Both the position numbers and the translations under genes were made by a program. Under the pieces are notes generated by a model. The model made no database searches. It worked only from the letters and a program-made list of their open reading frames with translations, and was not told the origin of the DNA. Below are positions 1-12,700 of a DNA stretch of 64,000 bases, piece by piece. Source of the DNA: Balanoglossus misakiensis (lineage: Eukaryota; Animalia; Hemichordata); assembly GCA_040954595.2 (NCBI GenBank), contig CM082590.2, positions 10,380,088 to 10,444,087 of the forward strand, written 5' to 3'. Positions within the stretch are counted from its first letter, which is position 1, and every line of letters starts with the position of its first letter.

Positions 1-2532
1 AAAATGTTCAACAAGGCCCAAAATATGAAAATTCGGCAAGTCGAGAAATGGTCATTTTTTGACAAAAACCATGATGTATAACCCATGAAAAATGTTCAAC
101 AAGGCCCAAAATATGAAAATTCGGCAAGTCGAGAAATGGTCATTTTTTGACAAAAACCATGATGTATAACCCATGAAAAATGTTCAACAAGGCCCAAAAT
201 ATGAAAATTCGGCAAGTCGAGAAATGGTCATTTTTTGACAAAAACCATGATGTATAACCCATGAAAAATGTTCAACAAGGCCCAAAATATGAAAATTCGG
301 CAAGTCGAGAAATGGTCATTTTTTGACAAAAACCATGATGTATAACCCATGAAAAATGTTCAACAAGGCCCAAAATATGAAAATTCGGCAAGTCGAGAAA
401 TGGTCATTTTTTGACAAAAACCATGATGTATAACCCATGAAAAATGTTCAACAAGGCCCAAAATATGAAAATTCGGCAAGTCGAGAAATGGTCATTTTTT
501 GACAAAAACCATGATGTATAACCCATGAAAAATGTTCAACAAGGCCCAAAATATGAAAATTCGGCAAGTCGAGAAATGGTCATTTTTTGACAAAAACCAT
601 GATGTATAACCCATGAAAAAGGTTCAACAAGGCCCAAAATATGAAAATTCGGCAAGTCGAGAAATGGTCATTTTTTGACAAAAACCATGATGTATAACCC
701 ATGAAAAAGGTTCAACAAGGCCCAAAATATGAAAATTCGGCAAGTCGAGAAATGGTCATTTTTTGACAAAAACCATGATGTATAACCCATGAAAAATGTT
801 CAACAAGGCCCAAAATATGAAAATTCGGCAAGTCGAGAAATGGTCATTTTTTGACAAAAACCATGATGTATAACCCATGAAAAATGTTCAACAAGGCCCA
901 AAATATGAAAATTCGGCAAGTCGAGAAATGGTCATTTTTTGACAAAAACCATGATGTATAACCCATGAAAAATGTTCAACAAGGCCCAAAATATGAAAAT
1001 TCGGCAAGTCGAGAAATGGTCATTTTTTGACAAAAACCATGATGTATAACCCATGAAAAATGTTCAACAAGGCCCAAAATATGAAAATTCGGCAAGTCGA
1101 GAAATGGTCATTTTTTGACAAAAACCATGATGTATAACCCATGAAAAATGTTCAACAAGGCCCAAAATATGAAAATTCGGCAAGTCGAGAAATGGTCATT
1201 TTTTGACAAAAACCATGATGTATAACCCATGAAAAATGTTCAACAAGGCCCAAAATATGAAAATTCGGCAAGTCGAGAAATGGTCATTTTTTGACAAAAA
1301 CCATGATGTATAACCCATGAAAAATGTTCAACAAGGCCCAAAATATGAAAATTCGGCAAGTCGAGAAATGGTCATTTTTTGACAAAAACCATGATGTATA
1401 ACCCATGAAAAATGTTCAACAAGGCCCAAAATATGAAAATTCGGCAAGTCGAGAAATGGTCATTTTTTGACAAAAACCATGATGTATAACCCATGAAAAA
1501 TGTTCAACAAGGCCCAAAATATGAAAATTCGGCAAGTCGAGAAATGGTCATTTTTTGACAAAAACCATGATGTATAACCCATGAAAAATGTTCAACAAGG
1601 CCCAAAATATGAAAATTCGGCAAGTCGAGAAATGGTCATTTTTTGACAAAAACCATGATGTATAACCCATGAAAAATGTTCAACAAGGCCCAAAATATGA
1701 AAATTCGGCAAGTCGAGAAATGGTCATTTTTTGACAAAAACCATGATGTATAACCCATGAAAAATGTTCAACAAGGCCCAAAATATGAAAATTCGGCAAG
1801 TCGAGAAATGGTCATTTTTTGACAAAAACCATGATGTATAACCCATGAAAAATGTTCAACAAGGCCCAAAATATGAAAATTCGGCAAGTCGAGAAATGGT
1901 CATTTTTTGACAAAAACCATGATGTATAACCCATGAAAAATGTTCAACAAGGCCCAAAATATGAAAATTCGGCAAGTCGAGAAATGGTCATTTTTTGACA
2001 AAAACCATGATGTATAACCCATGAAAAATGTTCAACAAGGCCCAAAATATGAAAATTCGGCAAGTCGAGAAATGGTCATTTTTTGACAAAAACCATGATG
2101 TATAACCCATGAAAAATGTTCAACAAGGCCCAAAATATGAAAATTCGGCAAGTCGAGAAATGGTCATTTTTTGACAAAAACCATGATGTATAACCCATGA
2201 AAAATGTTCAACAAGGCCCAAAATATGAAAATTCGGCAAGTCGAGAAATGGTCATTTTTTGACAAAAACCATGATGTATAACCCATGAAAAATGTTCAAC
2301 AAGGCCCAAAATATGAAAATTCGGCAAGTCGAGAAATGGTCATTTTTTGACAAAAACCATGATGTATAACCCATGAAAAATGTTCAACAAGGCCCAAAAT
2401 ATGAAAATTCGGCAAGTCGGGAAATGGTCATTTTTTGACAAAAACCATGATGTATAACCCATGAAAAATGTTCAACAAGGCCCAAAATATGAAAATTCGG
2501 CAAGTCGGGAAATGGTCATTTTTTGACAAAAA
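1..2532. repeat. 88-bp tandem satellite, ~29 copies visible, open at the left edge
   Basis: Unit AAAATGTTCAACAAGGCCCAAAATATGAAAATTCGGCAAGTCGAGAAATGGTCATTTTTTGACAAAAACCATGATGTATAACCCATGA recurs with an exact 88-bp period (1, 89, ... 441, 1321). Only two point variants were seen (T>G at ~621/709, A>G at ~2420/2508). A degenerate partial unit follows at 2533-2569. Confidence 0.98.
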
Positions 2533-2572
2533 TTTCCAAAATTCGCAAAGTCGGAATTCGTCATTTTTTCAT

Positions 2573-5500
2573 CACCTTCAGGTACAAGCCTAGCCTTCCT
2601 GAACCCTTCGCCATCACCATGTGTACTCGAAAAAGTGGAAATTTACCGCACTATATTGCAGCATAACTACCATGATCTTATTTGCACCGCAGCGGTGCAA
2701 ATTCTTATTTGCACCGCAGCGGTGCAAATAAGAGTTCCCTGCACCGCGACGATCTGACCGTTCTTTATTCACTCCTCGGCGACAAAAAAGTTTTATTACG
2801 GCCTAAATAACGACTTTTTCGCTCCTTGGTTGGTCCTTCGGACGCGGAAAGACACAGTTTTAGCGAGTTTATCTGTCTCTCTCCTGATGAGCACTCCATA
2901 TTCAGACTTGCCCAAGTGAACCGCGACAAAAAAAATGACCAAGTTTCCCTGCATGTTTCTTATACCGGACAGATAAAAAAACGCAGCGTATATATTGAAA
3001 TGAATTGGATTTATGAAAATGATAAAAATTACACTGAAAATGTCGTTAAAAGTTTTCAAAAAAAAAGAAATAGAAAAAATAGTGGTTTCGAACCAACATC
3101 AGTTGACACCTTCAGGTAAAAGCATAGCCTTCCTGAACCCTTCGCCATCACCATGTGTACTCGAAAAAGTGGAAATTTACCGCACTATATTGCAGCATAA
3201 CTACCATGATCTTATTTGCACCGCAGCGGTGCAAATTCTTATTTGCACCGCAGCGGTGCAAATTCTTATTTGCACCGCAGCGGTGCAAATAAGAGTTCCC
3301 TGCACCGCAACGATCTGACCGTTCTTTATTCACTCCTCGGCGACAAAAAAGTTTTATTACGGCCTAAATAACGACTTTTTCGCTCCTTGGTTGGTCATTC
3401 GGACGCGGAAAGACACAGTTTTAGCGAGTTTATCTGTCTCTCTCCTGATGAGCACTCCATATTCAGACTTGCCCAAGTGAACCGCGACAAAAAAAATGAC
3501 CAAGTTTCCCTGCATGTTTCTTATACCGGACAGATAAAAAACGCAGCGTAGATATTGAAATGAATTGGATTTATGAAAGTGATAAAAATTACAATGAAAA
3601 TGTCGTTAAAAGTTCTCACAAAAAAGAAATAGAAAAAAAGAGGTTTCGAACCAACATCAGTTGACACCTTCAGGTAAAAGCATAGTCTTCCTGAACCCTT
3701 CGCCATCACCATGTGTACTTGTAAAAACGGAAATTTACCGCACTATATTGCAGCGTAACTACCATGATCTTATTTGCACCGCAGCGGTGCAAATTCTTAT
3801 TTGCACCGCAGCGGTGCAAATAAGAGTTCCCTGCACCGCAACGATCTGACCGTTCTTTATTCACTCCTCGGCGACAAAAAAGTTTTATTACGGCCTAAAT
3901 AACGACTTTTTCACTCTTTGGTTGGTCATTCGGACGCGGAAAGACACGATTTTAGCGAGTTTATCTGTCTCTCTCCTGATGAGCACTCCATATTCAGACT
4001 TGCCCAAGTGAACCGCGACAAAAAAATGACCAAGTTTCCCTGCATGTTTCTTATACCCGACAGATAAAAAACGCAGCGTAGATATTGAAATGAATTGGAT
4101 TTATGAAAGTGATAAAAATTACAATGAAAATGTCGTTAAAAGTTCTCAAAAAAAAAAGAAATAGAAAAAATAGTGGTTTCGAACCAACATCAGTTGACAC
4201 CTTCAGGTAAAAAGCATAGCCTTCCTGAACCCTTCGCCATCACCATGTGTACTCGAAAAAGTGGAAATTTACCGCACTATATTGCAGCGTAACTACCATG
4301 ATCTTATTTGCACCGCAGCGGTGCAAATTCTTATTTGCACCGCAGCGGTGCAAATAAGAGTTCCCTGCACCGCAACGATCTGACCGTTCTTTATTCACTC
4401 CTCGGCGACAAAAAAGTTTTATTACGGCCTAAATAACGACTTTTTCGCTCCTTGGTTGGTCATTCGGACGCGGAAAGACACAGTTTTAGCGAGTTTATCT
4501 GTCTCTCTCCTGATGAGCACTCCATATTCAGACTTGCCCAAGTGAACCGCGACAAAAAAAAATGACCAAGTTTCCCTGCATGTTTCTTATACCCGACAGA
4601 TAAAAAACGCAGCGTAGATATTGAAATGAATTGGATTTATGAAAGTGATAAAAATTACACTGAAAATGTCGTTAAAAGTTCTCAAAAAAAAAAGAAATAG
4701 AAAAAATAGTGGTTTCGAACCAACATCAGTTGACACCTTCAGGTAAAAAGCATAGCCTTCCTGAACCCTTCGCCATCACCATGTGTACTCGAAAAAGTGG
4801 AAATTTACCGCACTATATTGCAGCGTAACTACCATGATCTTATTTGCACCGCAGCGGTGCAAATTCTTATTTGCACCGCAGCGGTGCAAATAAGAGTTCC
4901 CTGCACCGCAACGATCTGACCGTTCTTTATTCACTCCTCGGCGACAAAAAAGTTTTATTACGGCCTAAATAACGACTTTTTCGCTCCTTGGTTGGTCATT
5001 CGGACGCGGAAAGACACAGTTTTAGCGAGTTTATCTGTCTCTCTCCTGATGAGCGCTCCATATTCAGACTTGCCCAAGTGAACCGCGACAAAAAAAAAAT
5101 GACCAAGTTTCCCTGCATGTTTCTTATACCCGACAGATAAAAAACGCAGCGTAGATATAGAAATTTATTGGATTTATGAAAATGATAAAAATTACAATGA
5201 AAATGTCGTTAAAAGTTCTCACAAAAAAGAAATAGAAAAAAAGAGGTTTCGAACCAACATCAGTTGACACCTTCAGGTAAAAGCATAGTCTTCCTGAACC
5301 CTTCGCCATCACCATGTGTACTCGAAAAAGTGGAAATTTACCGCACTATATTGCAGCGTAACTACCATGATCTTATTTGCACCGCAGCGGTGCAAATTCT
5401 TATTTGCACCGCAGCGGTGCAAATAAGAGTTCCCTGCACCGCAACGATCTGACCGTTCTTTATTCACTCCTCGGCGACAAAAAATTTTTTATTACGGCCT

Positions 5501-5824
5501 AAATAACGACTTTTTCGCTCCTTGGTTGGTCATTCGGACGCGCAAAGACACGGTTTTAGCGAGTTTATCTGTCTCTCTCCTGATGAGCACTCCGTATTCA
5601 GACTTGCCCAAGTGAACCGCGACAAAAAAATGACCAAGTTTCCCTGCATGTTTCTTATACCGGACAGATAAAAAACGCAGCGTGGACATTTAAATGAATT
5701 GGATTTATGAAAATGATAAAAATTACAATGAAAATGTCGTTAAAAGTTCTCAAAAAAAAAAGAAATAGAAAAAAAAGTGGTTTCGAACCAACATCAGTTG
5801 ATACCATCAGGTAAAAGCTATAGC
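2573..5824. repeat. Tandem array of six ~534-bp units with internal 27-bp palindromic subrepeats
   Basis: The unit start CACCTTCAGGTA occurs at 2573, 3107, 3665, 4198, 4734 and 5268, with a variant at 5802 (spacings 534, 558, 533, 536, 534, 534). Each unit has 2 copies (3 in unit 2) of TCTTATTTGCACCGCAGCGGTGCAAAT. Confidence 0.97.
3074..3154 (-). ncRNA. Putative Pol III type-2 small-RNA cassette (tRNA/SINE/vault-like); five complete copies in the array
   Basis: The minus strand reads ATGGTGA-TGGCGAAGGGT (A-box-like)-TCAGGAAGGCTATGCTTTTACCTGA (hairpin)-AGGTGTCAACTGATGTT-GGTTCGAAACC (B-box consensus)-ACTA-TTTTTT. Further B-boxes start at 3642, 4175, 4711, 5245 and 5779. There is no canonical cloverleaf and no evidence of transcription. 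Confidence 0.35.
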
Positions 5825-6716
5825 TTGTATCAAAAGTTTAAAATTTTATTAATTTAAAAAAATGAAAACACACCGCTTTGTTTTCACTAAGACAGTATAA
5901 TGAACACACCGAACATATTTGATGGTCAACAAACATTTTATTCAAAAAGTCACCAATGTTCGCATTATTTTAAGAAAATATATCACTTTGGTAAAATATA
6001 TATTGAATCTCTCGAGCCAATGACACGTGTATTAGCACACAAAACACGTACAATAATGAGCTAAAGTGAAATGCGGTCTTATGAAAGTTATGATGTCGAG
6101 TTGTCTTATGATGTCGAGTTGTCTAGATCTTTACATTTGCTGGTTCTTTGCTGGTCTGTTCTAGGATGTCCATCAAGAACAGAACAGCAATGTCATGGAT
6201 TTTTCGTGTGGGATTATCCCATTATCGGCCGGGATTATGTCCATCCATTGCATTTATATGCCGTACAGAATAAATTATATATTAATAAAATATCTATTTG
6301 TTATTTCCAAAGTTATTGAATGATGGCCTAGTATGTATGTTGCTAAGTTCAGAGGTATGTAAATTCTCTTTGGATAGAAAAAGAAAATGGAAGTTCACTC
6401 AGGATTGATTGTGCGTATGTGTCCTTTAGTGACTCGCCATTTTGTTGTAGCTGTAGTTCAGAAGCGCACTGGGCGCCGTGTAAATAGTATTCAGAGTCTG
6501 TGACATCAGATCATGTGGCATTCATATAAATTCACATATCATGTGGCATGATTTCGGCATGGCAACCACATATTATGGTCCACAGATGCGTAATCGACGC
6601 AGTGAGAATCACAGATCACGTGGTATTCACGTAACCTGTGCATCCGGCCATGGAAACCACACATCATGGCAACTATGCCCCCACAGCATCGAAGTGGTCT
6701 AGTCCACAGCATTGAG

Positions 6717-9700
6717 TCACGTGCCATCACCGTGGATACCACACTTATGGAACATATCTTCAATGACCTGCCTGGCATCTTCCCTCTGCATCGAGTCATG
6801 TTTCAAAACTCGGATCAGATTGAGGAAGTTGCTTTCATGGTAGATCGTTGTGACCCCATCGCGCCTGCGCTTTCTCTTTCGCTTCATGGATCTATCGGAC
6901 CACTCAGTCAAGACTCGCAGAGAAACAGATCCCCTTTTGTTTTCCCAAGCCTTGACTTCCTTGCTTTCTATTCCCACAAGATCTGCCATCTGCCGATAGT
7001 CTGACCCCAACACTAGAGGCTGATCCATCAGAGCAGCGAATTCAGTCTTTGTTTCCTCAAGCATCCACTTGACGTCACATTTATACCCGAACTCATAAAG
7101 CATCGAGGTGTCGAACCCAACACAGAGCAAATCCGAGACGTTTTCAGCTTGCCCGATCTCTTCATCGTAAACTTTCTTGCCACTTCTCTCTGCCTCGACG
7201 ATCTTGTCAATTTTATAGTGGCGCACGTGCTCAGGGTTCAGGTGGGTTTTGAGAGACAGAGAGCTGAGGATGTGACAGTCTACATTTGTTCCTGGACAAC
7301 AAATCTCCAAGACATCGTATATATCCGTGGTGACAATTTCAAGCAGGCGATGGCAGTCTTCGACTTCTTCCTCATCTTCTGCTCTTGTGCAAACATGTAT
7401 TGCTTTCCAACCTCTTGTCATGTACACCAGACCTTCAACATCTTCACAGACTTTGATCCCGTTCTTCCAGACTCCACTTGGTGGGCACTCCAGCTCCACG
7501 AAGTGTTTGTAGAGGCGGGTTTGCAGTCTCGGGAAGAGACCAGGCGAGAAGCTATCCGTGTCATCTCGACACTCGATTCTCCTCCCGAAGTAAATATGCT
7601 TGCTCTTCACCGACCGCCATTGCTCTATAGGCATGACGTCATCAAGAAGACCAGGCACGATGTACATCTTGCTGCTGGTTGAGAAACACAGAGGATCTGC
7701 CTCAAAGACAAGTTCAAACTCGATCAGGAGATGAAGAAGCAAAGCAGTGTCTGTGTACTCTTGGAAAACGACTTCAATGTCGCTCTGAGAATGCAGCTTC
7801 TTTCTCTCCAACCTGTTGCTGTATTGCACAAATAACTCAGTCGCTAACATTGGACCGAATATCCTACTACAGAGCCACCTGGGTTGTACAACTACAACAT
7901 CTCGACCTTTCGTGCCCGCGCTCTTGATGAAGAGGATCTGTAATGAAGTGGATATCAACACTTAAATCATCATCAACATTTTCAGGCTGATGTACTACAG
8001 TTTTCCGCCAATAAACTGTGAAGAAAACATCTCGCCCTTTCACGATCCAAGTACTCGAAGGTTTTCATACTCACCTCGCCCATGTCTTGAAGATAGTAAG
8101 TTGCTTTCAAGACGAACTCATCGTCTAAGAGTGGGTCAATGTTTTTCACTCGTTTTTGATAGGATGACCATTCCATTACAGGAAAGGATGGGTCCTCTAT
8201 CCATTCATCTTTCTGGTTCAGTATTTCTGAGCATAGGTTTGGAATCTGCTTCTTAATCTGAGTAAAAAGACAAGAGCAAAGATGGAACTCTCATGAGTTT
8301 GAATATAATCGGTGTATAGGCTCCAAACACGCTAATAACAAAATGGCCGCCTGGTGGCCATATTGGATTTCTACTATACTACTGATGGTGTCTTTCCCTT
8401 ATCCCTAAATGCCCGTGTAGTTATGATTCTTCACTCTAATTAGTGCATTTCCTTCTCAAAGTCTACAAATTAACGAGAACATTATGTAAGCCAAATTATA
8501 CATCGTCTGTAAATTCCCTAGGCCTGAAAGAATTCCTCTTAGATGCCCACGCCACTACTAATGTGCAGAGGCTGGCGAATGTGGCGCTTACACCTCTTGG
8601 TTTGTTGTTCTATTTGCTGAAACACTTGTTTGTTGCCAGAGGGAAGCGTCTCATGTCAATGGAATTGTGCAATTCACTCAGGTTGAGTAATTACTACTTG
8701 TGCATATACTGTTACTGAGATACAACCCCGCCATTTATCACAACAGAATCAGTACGTGGGTAATTCCATGTCCAATCAATAAAATTTACATGTATAAAAT
8801 GTATTGTGGGGGTTGGTGTTCTTTGTGCATTTGTAAATAAAATGTTATTGTCCTTCCCGGAAACGAAAGTTAGTAAAAATAATTCCTGATTACCTTTGCC
8901 CCATGCAAGCACTCTCGAAGTCTCTGCATGTCGTCGTGAAGAGGGTCACGACAATCTATCAGGAACATGTCATCGAGAATGTTGAAGTAGTCGCCGAATT
9001 TCAGCTTGGCTGCCTCTATGAGTTGGCGATGCACTACTTCAGCTGTTGATTAAATATGGTTGAGAGAGGAGGAAGAGAACAACAGAGATGTGAGATTTCT
9101 AACAAAATTGAATGTTATAAGCCTATGAGTAGAGGCAAAATCGACGTTCTCATGTAGTACGCGTACACCCTTAACCCATGTTAACACCTTTTCCTATCTT
9201 TTGGACTCACCTTCTTTCCTGTACGCGCTTTTAAGTAAATCTGCTCGGCTGGCAACCAGAATCACCGTCGGTTTACAGTCCTTGGACGAGGATGCGTCTG
9301 GCGAAATGTGGTTGACGACGTTTGTGGTTTTCATGAAACGTAACCATGACATCATCTATAAAATAAAATTAAATTAAATTAAAACAGTAACCAAAAAAAT
9401 TATATCTATACTTCTAAATCATATATTTGACATGTCACTGACTGTACTGTTGAGCGAAAATGAAGCTCTAACTCGCGGGAATGAATTGAATTAAGGTAAG
9501 TATAAATACCTTCTCCTTTTGTTTCATCATCAGATAACCTGGTTTGTCGCATGTCGAGTTAACAGCCCTGTACACCAAAATAAAAACAGCATTCTGCGCT
9601 CCCAGGAACATGTTGTGGGTCAGATAGTATTCAGGTTGTCCTGCAAAGTCCCACAAACTAAATTTACCCGCAGATGGAATGTCGACTTGAGACACGTCGA

Positions 9701-12700
9701 TACCTGGAGTGGGCTCGTATTCCATTGCGTCGACGTCTAAAAAGATCTGACAAGGATAAACACTTGTGTGTAAAGATAATGGTCATGTAAGGAGCAAGTT
9801 AGTCAGCACAAAATGTAACTGCTACAATGTGCAAATAATGTCATCGTTACTTTGTATTACATTGTAGTGTAACTGCTACAATGTACATCACTGCTAACAA
9901 TGTGGTTGTTACTTTGTATTACACTGTAGTGTAACTGCTACAATGTACATCACTGCTAACAATGTGGTTGTTACTTTGTATTACACTGTAGTGTAACTGC
10001 TACAATGTACATCTTTGAAAACAATGAGCTTGCTATTTTGTATTACAATGTACACCACGGTTGTTACTTTTTATCACATTCCAAGTTAGACTTCAGACGG
10101 CACTCCTTAAGGGCAGAACTTGCCTATAAATAGGGATAGCCGACTGGCATTGATCAATTGCTCCAATTGCACAATTAACTTACTTTTTGCAACGAATTCT
10201 TCAAAGTAGTCTTTCCAACTTCAGCATATCCGCACATGTAGAGTTTACACACGTCTTGGGGAACGCCCGTCTCTTTCATCAAAGCATCGTATTCTTTTTG
10301 CTGTAAGAAATAGATTGAACTTTAGCAAATCTGACATATACGATGCCATGAAACAATACTGTGTGTCAATGCATGGTGTATATCTACCAAACTGCAATAT
10401 AGAAATGTTGATAAGACCACTACCTTTCGAAATTGGTTGAATATTGATTTCAATCTTCTCGTCTGCTGGCCTCGTCCTCGCACCAAATCTTCTGGCCTCA
10501 ATTGATTCTAATAATAATTAAACAATAACAGTATATTGGTCTTAGAGAAGGGTTATGAGAAAAGGACATTGACATTAAAAGGTTTCTTGATTAAGTTTAC
10601 CCCTTTGACCTTGTCATACTGAATACACAATGTTTCGGTTTCGCCTTCCACCTTACAATACATACGTGGAGCCTTTTTGTTAATACATTTAGTGCACTTA
10701 AAGTGACTAAACTCCAATAAATTAATGAATACACGTCAAATTTTCAAAAGTTGACTTTCATTTCAGCTTATCTGCGATAGCATTGAAATTATGACTCTTC
10801 TATAAAGGGACATGCTGCTGTAATTCTCTGTTTACTCACATTGTCCCTTATATCCATGTCAGCATCGTTGTGTAACAATGCTTTGAGAGTTCTGATGTGT
10901 TTACGTATGGCCGCCAGATGCAGTGGGGTCCATCCATCCTGTGGAATTCAGAAAAGAAAATTTAGCCTCTGTCATATTAAAAGCATTTGCAAATGCCCTG
11001 AAATGTCAAAGGACTGCGTCATATAGTTCAGGGTAGGTCTATTACTGGAGTTTTCTATTGCTAAGCTATGTCACTATGTGTGTACACTTAACCAAAATCT
11101 CTTAATCCGCCAAGAGTTGTTTAAGGGAATATTCCAATTATGCATTGACCTGAAACTGCTTAATTACATATGTAGTTCACTCTAAAATTACTGTGAAATC
11201 ATTGAGTACTTTTAGCCAAACGATGCTTGGATAGTAGGCATCTTGCGATTTGTGACATCAAGCTTTGGACAGCTAACAGGTTTCGTTAAGCTGTAAATAT
11301 TAACATACACGCATACTTAAAATGTGAAATTGGCATTTTTACATAAAACTATAAACATTGCAGTCGTGAGTTTGGTGCTAAACGAAAGCAAAATCTGTCC
11401 ATTTCGATAAAAGTGATTAATCTAGGTTCCAGTGTGTTTGATTATTGTTCAACAGGGTAAAAAATTGAGGGGATGTTTCTGTGACTAACCTTATTCTGGG
11501 CGTGTATGTCTGCATTTAACTTAATTAGTAGATTTATCATGTCTGCCTGATCTGTCGTTGCCGCATCGTGTAGAGGAGTGCCTCTGTCCTGTTTATCAGA
11601 AAACAAAAACAACAACACTTATAAACAAATGACGAGATGGTGTTGTTAATACAAAATAATGTCATCAAAACATGGCAGGTCACTTATCCGGAAACATGCA
11701 AAAGTACACCAACTAAAATCTGGGTCACTCAACTGGTGAAGCCTGGAGATTATAACAACAGAAAATGTCCAGGTACCAGTTTTGTGAGTCGTGATCGAAA
11801 GTTTACATTTTATATCAAAACAACATATAAAGGTTATAGTATTTACGACCCTACGCCTTAATAAGCATTATATTATATGACCAGTTGTTACGCCCATACA
11901 TCAAACACAATATTCTCCAGAAAGGAAAAAATGAAAACGCTAAGCCTGGATCACATGGTATGTGTGTCACATTGTAGCTACTACCACATGGAACATTTAA
12001 TATTTCTTGATTAAATTTTATCCAGGTGTTTTGATTTCTCGTAAGACCAGTGCATGTAAGATATTGATCAGGATAAAGTGGGGGAAATATTAAGTGCTGC
12101 CGACTAAAATTAATTTCGTAATGCCTTAATGGTTTGAAGAAGTATAAACCAATGATATAAAGAAACGCCATCTAAATGAACACATACAGACAGGTTAATA
12201 AGTATTAAATTTTTTGTCGTGTAACCTTTGACCTACCCTGTCTCTTGCATTGACATTAGCTCCTGCTTCTACCAGAGATTTGGCCACATCCTCGTGTCCA
12301 TTCAAAGCTGCCCAGTGTAACGGTGTCCAATCAGCCTACATACAATTAAACCATACAGAGTTCACCACATAATCTAGGGGCAAAATATCTGCATACATAG
12401 ATTCATAATACATAGATACATACATGGATACATACATAGATACATACATACATGGATACATACATAGATACATACATGGATACATACATGGATACATACA
12501 TGGATACATGCATAGATACATACATGGATACATACATAGATACATACATGGATACATACATAGATACATACATGGATACATACATAGATACATACATGGA
12601 TACATACATAGATACATACATGGATACATACATGGATACATACATGGATACATACATAGATACATACAATCACTAAAGGTCACTCACGCTGTTTCTTGCA

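Noticed and set aside
1-2532. CRISPR-like array
   Set aside because: The units are contiguous identical repeats with no unique spacers and no cas genes, in a eukaryotic context.
2835-2930. Hammerhead ribozyme (retrozyme) in the 534-bp unit: CTGATGAG core with nearby GGAAAGAC and GAACCGCGAC
   Set aside because: No stem I can be formed in either permutation, and the downstream GAAAC...UH core is mismatched. An RNAMotif/Infernal search would settle it.
3074-3154. Canonical tRNA gene
   Set aside because: There is no room for separate T-stem and acceptor-stem 3' strands after the B-box, and no clear D-arm or anticodon arm.
2796-5689. Short ORFs within the 534-bp array (e.g. LICTAAVQI repeats)
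   Set aside because: Frames differ between near-identical units because of A-tract indels, and the peptide periodicity simply reflects the 27-bp palindrome.
6539-7927. Alternative or antisense ORFs over the last ROCO exon, and selenocysteine read-through of its TGA
   Set aside because: These are shadow ORFs of a real exon. Read-through would add only a few residues before TAG, and no SECIS was recognised.
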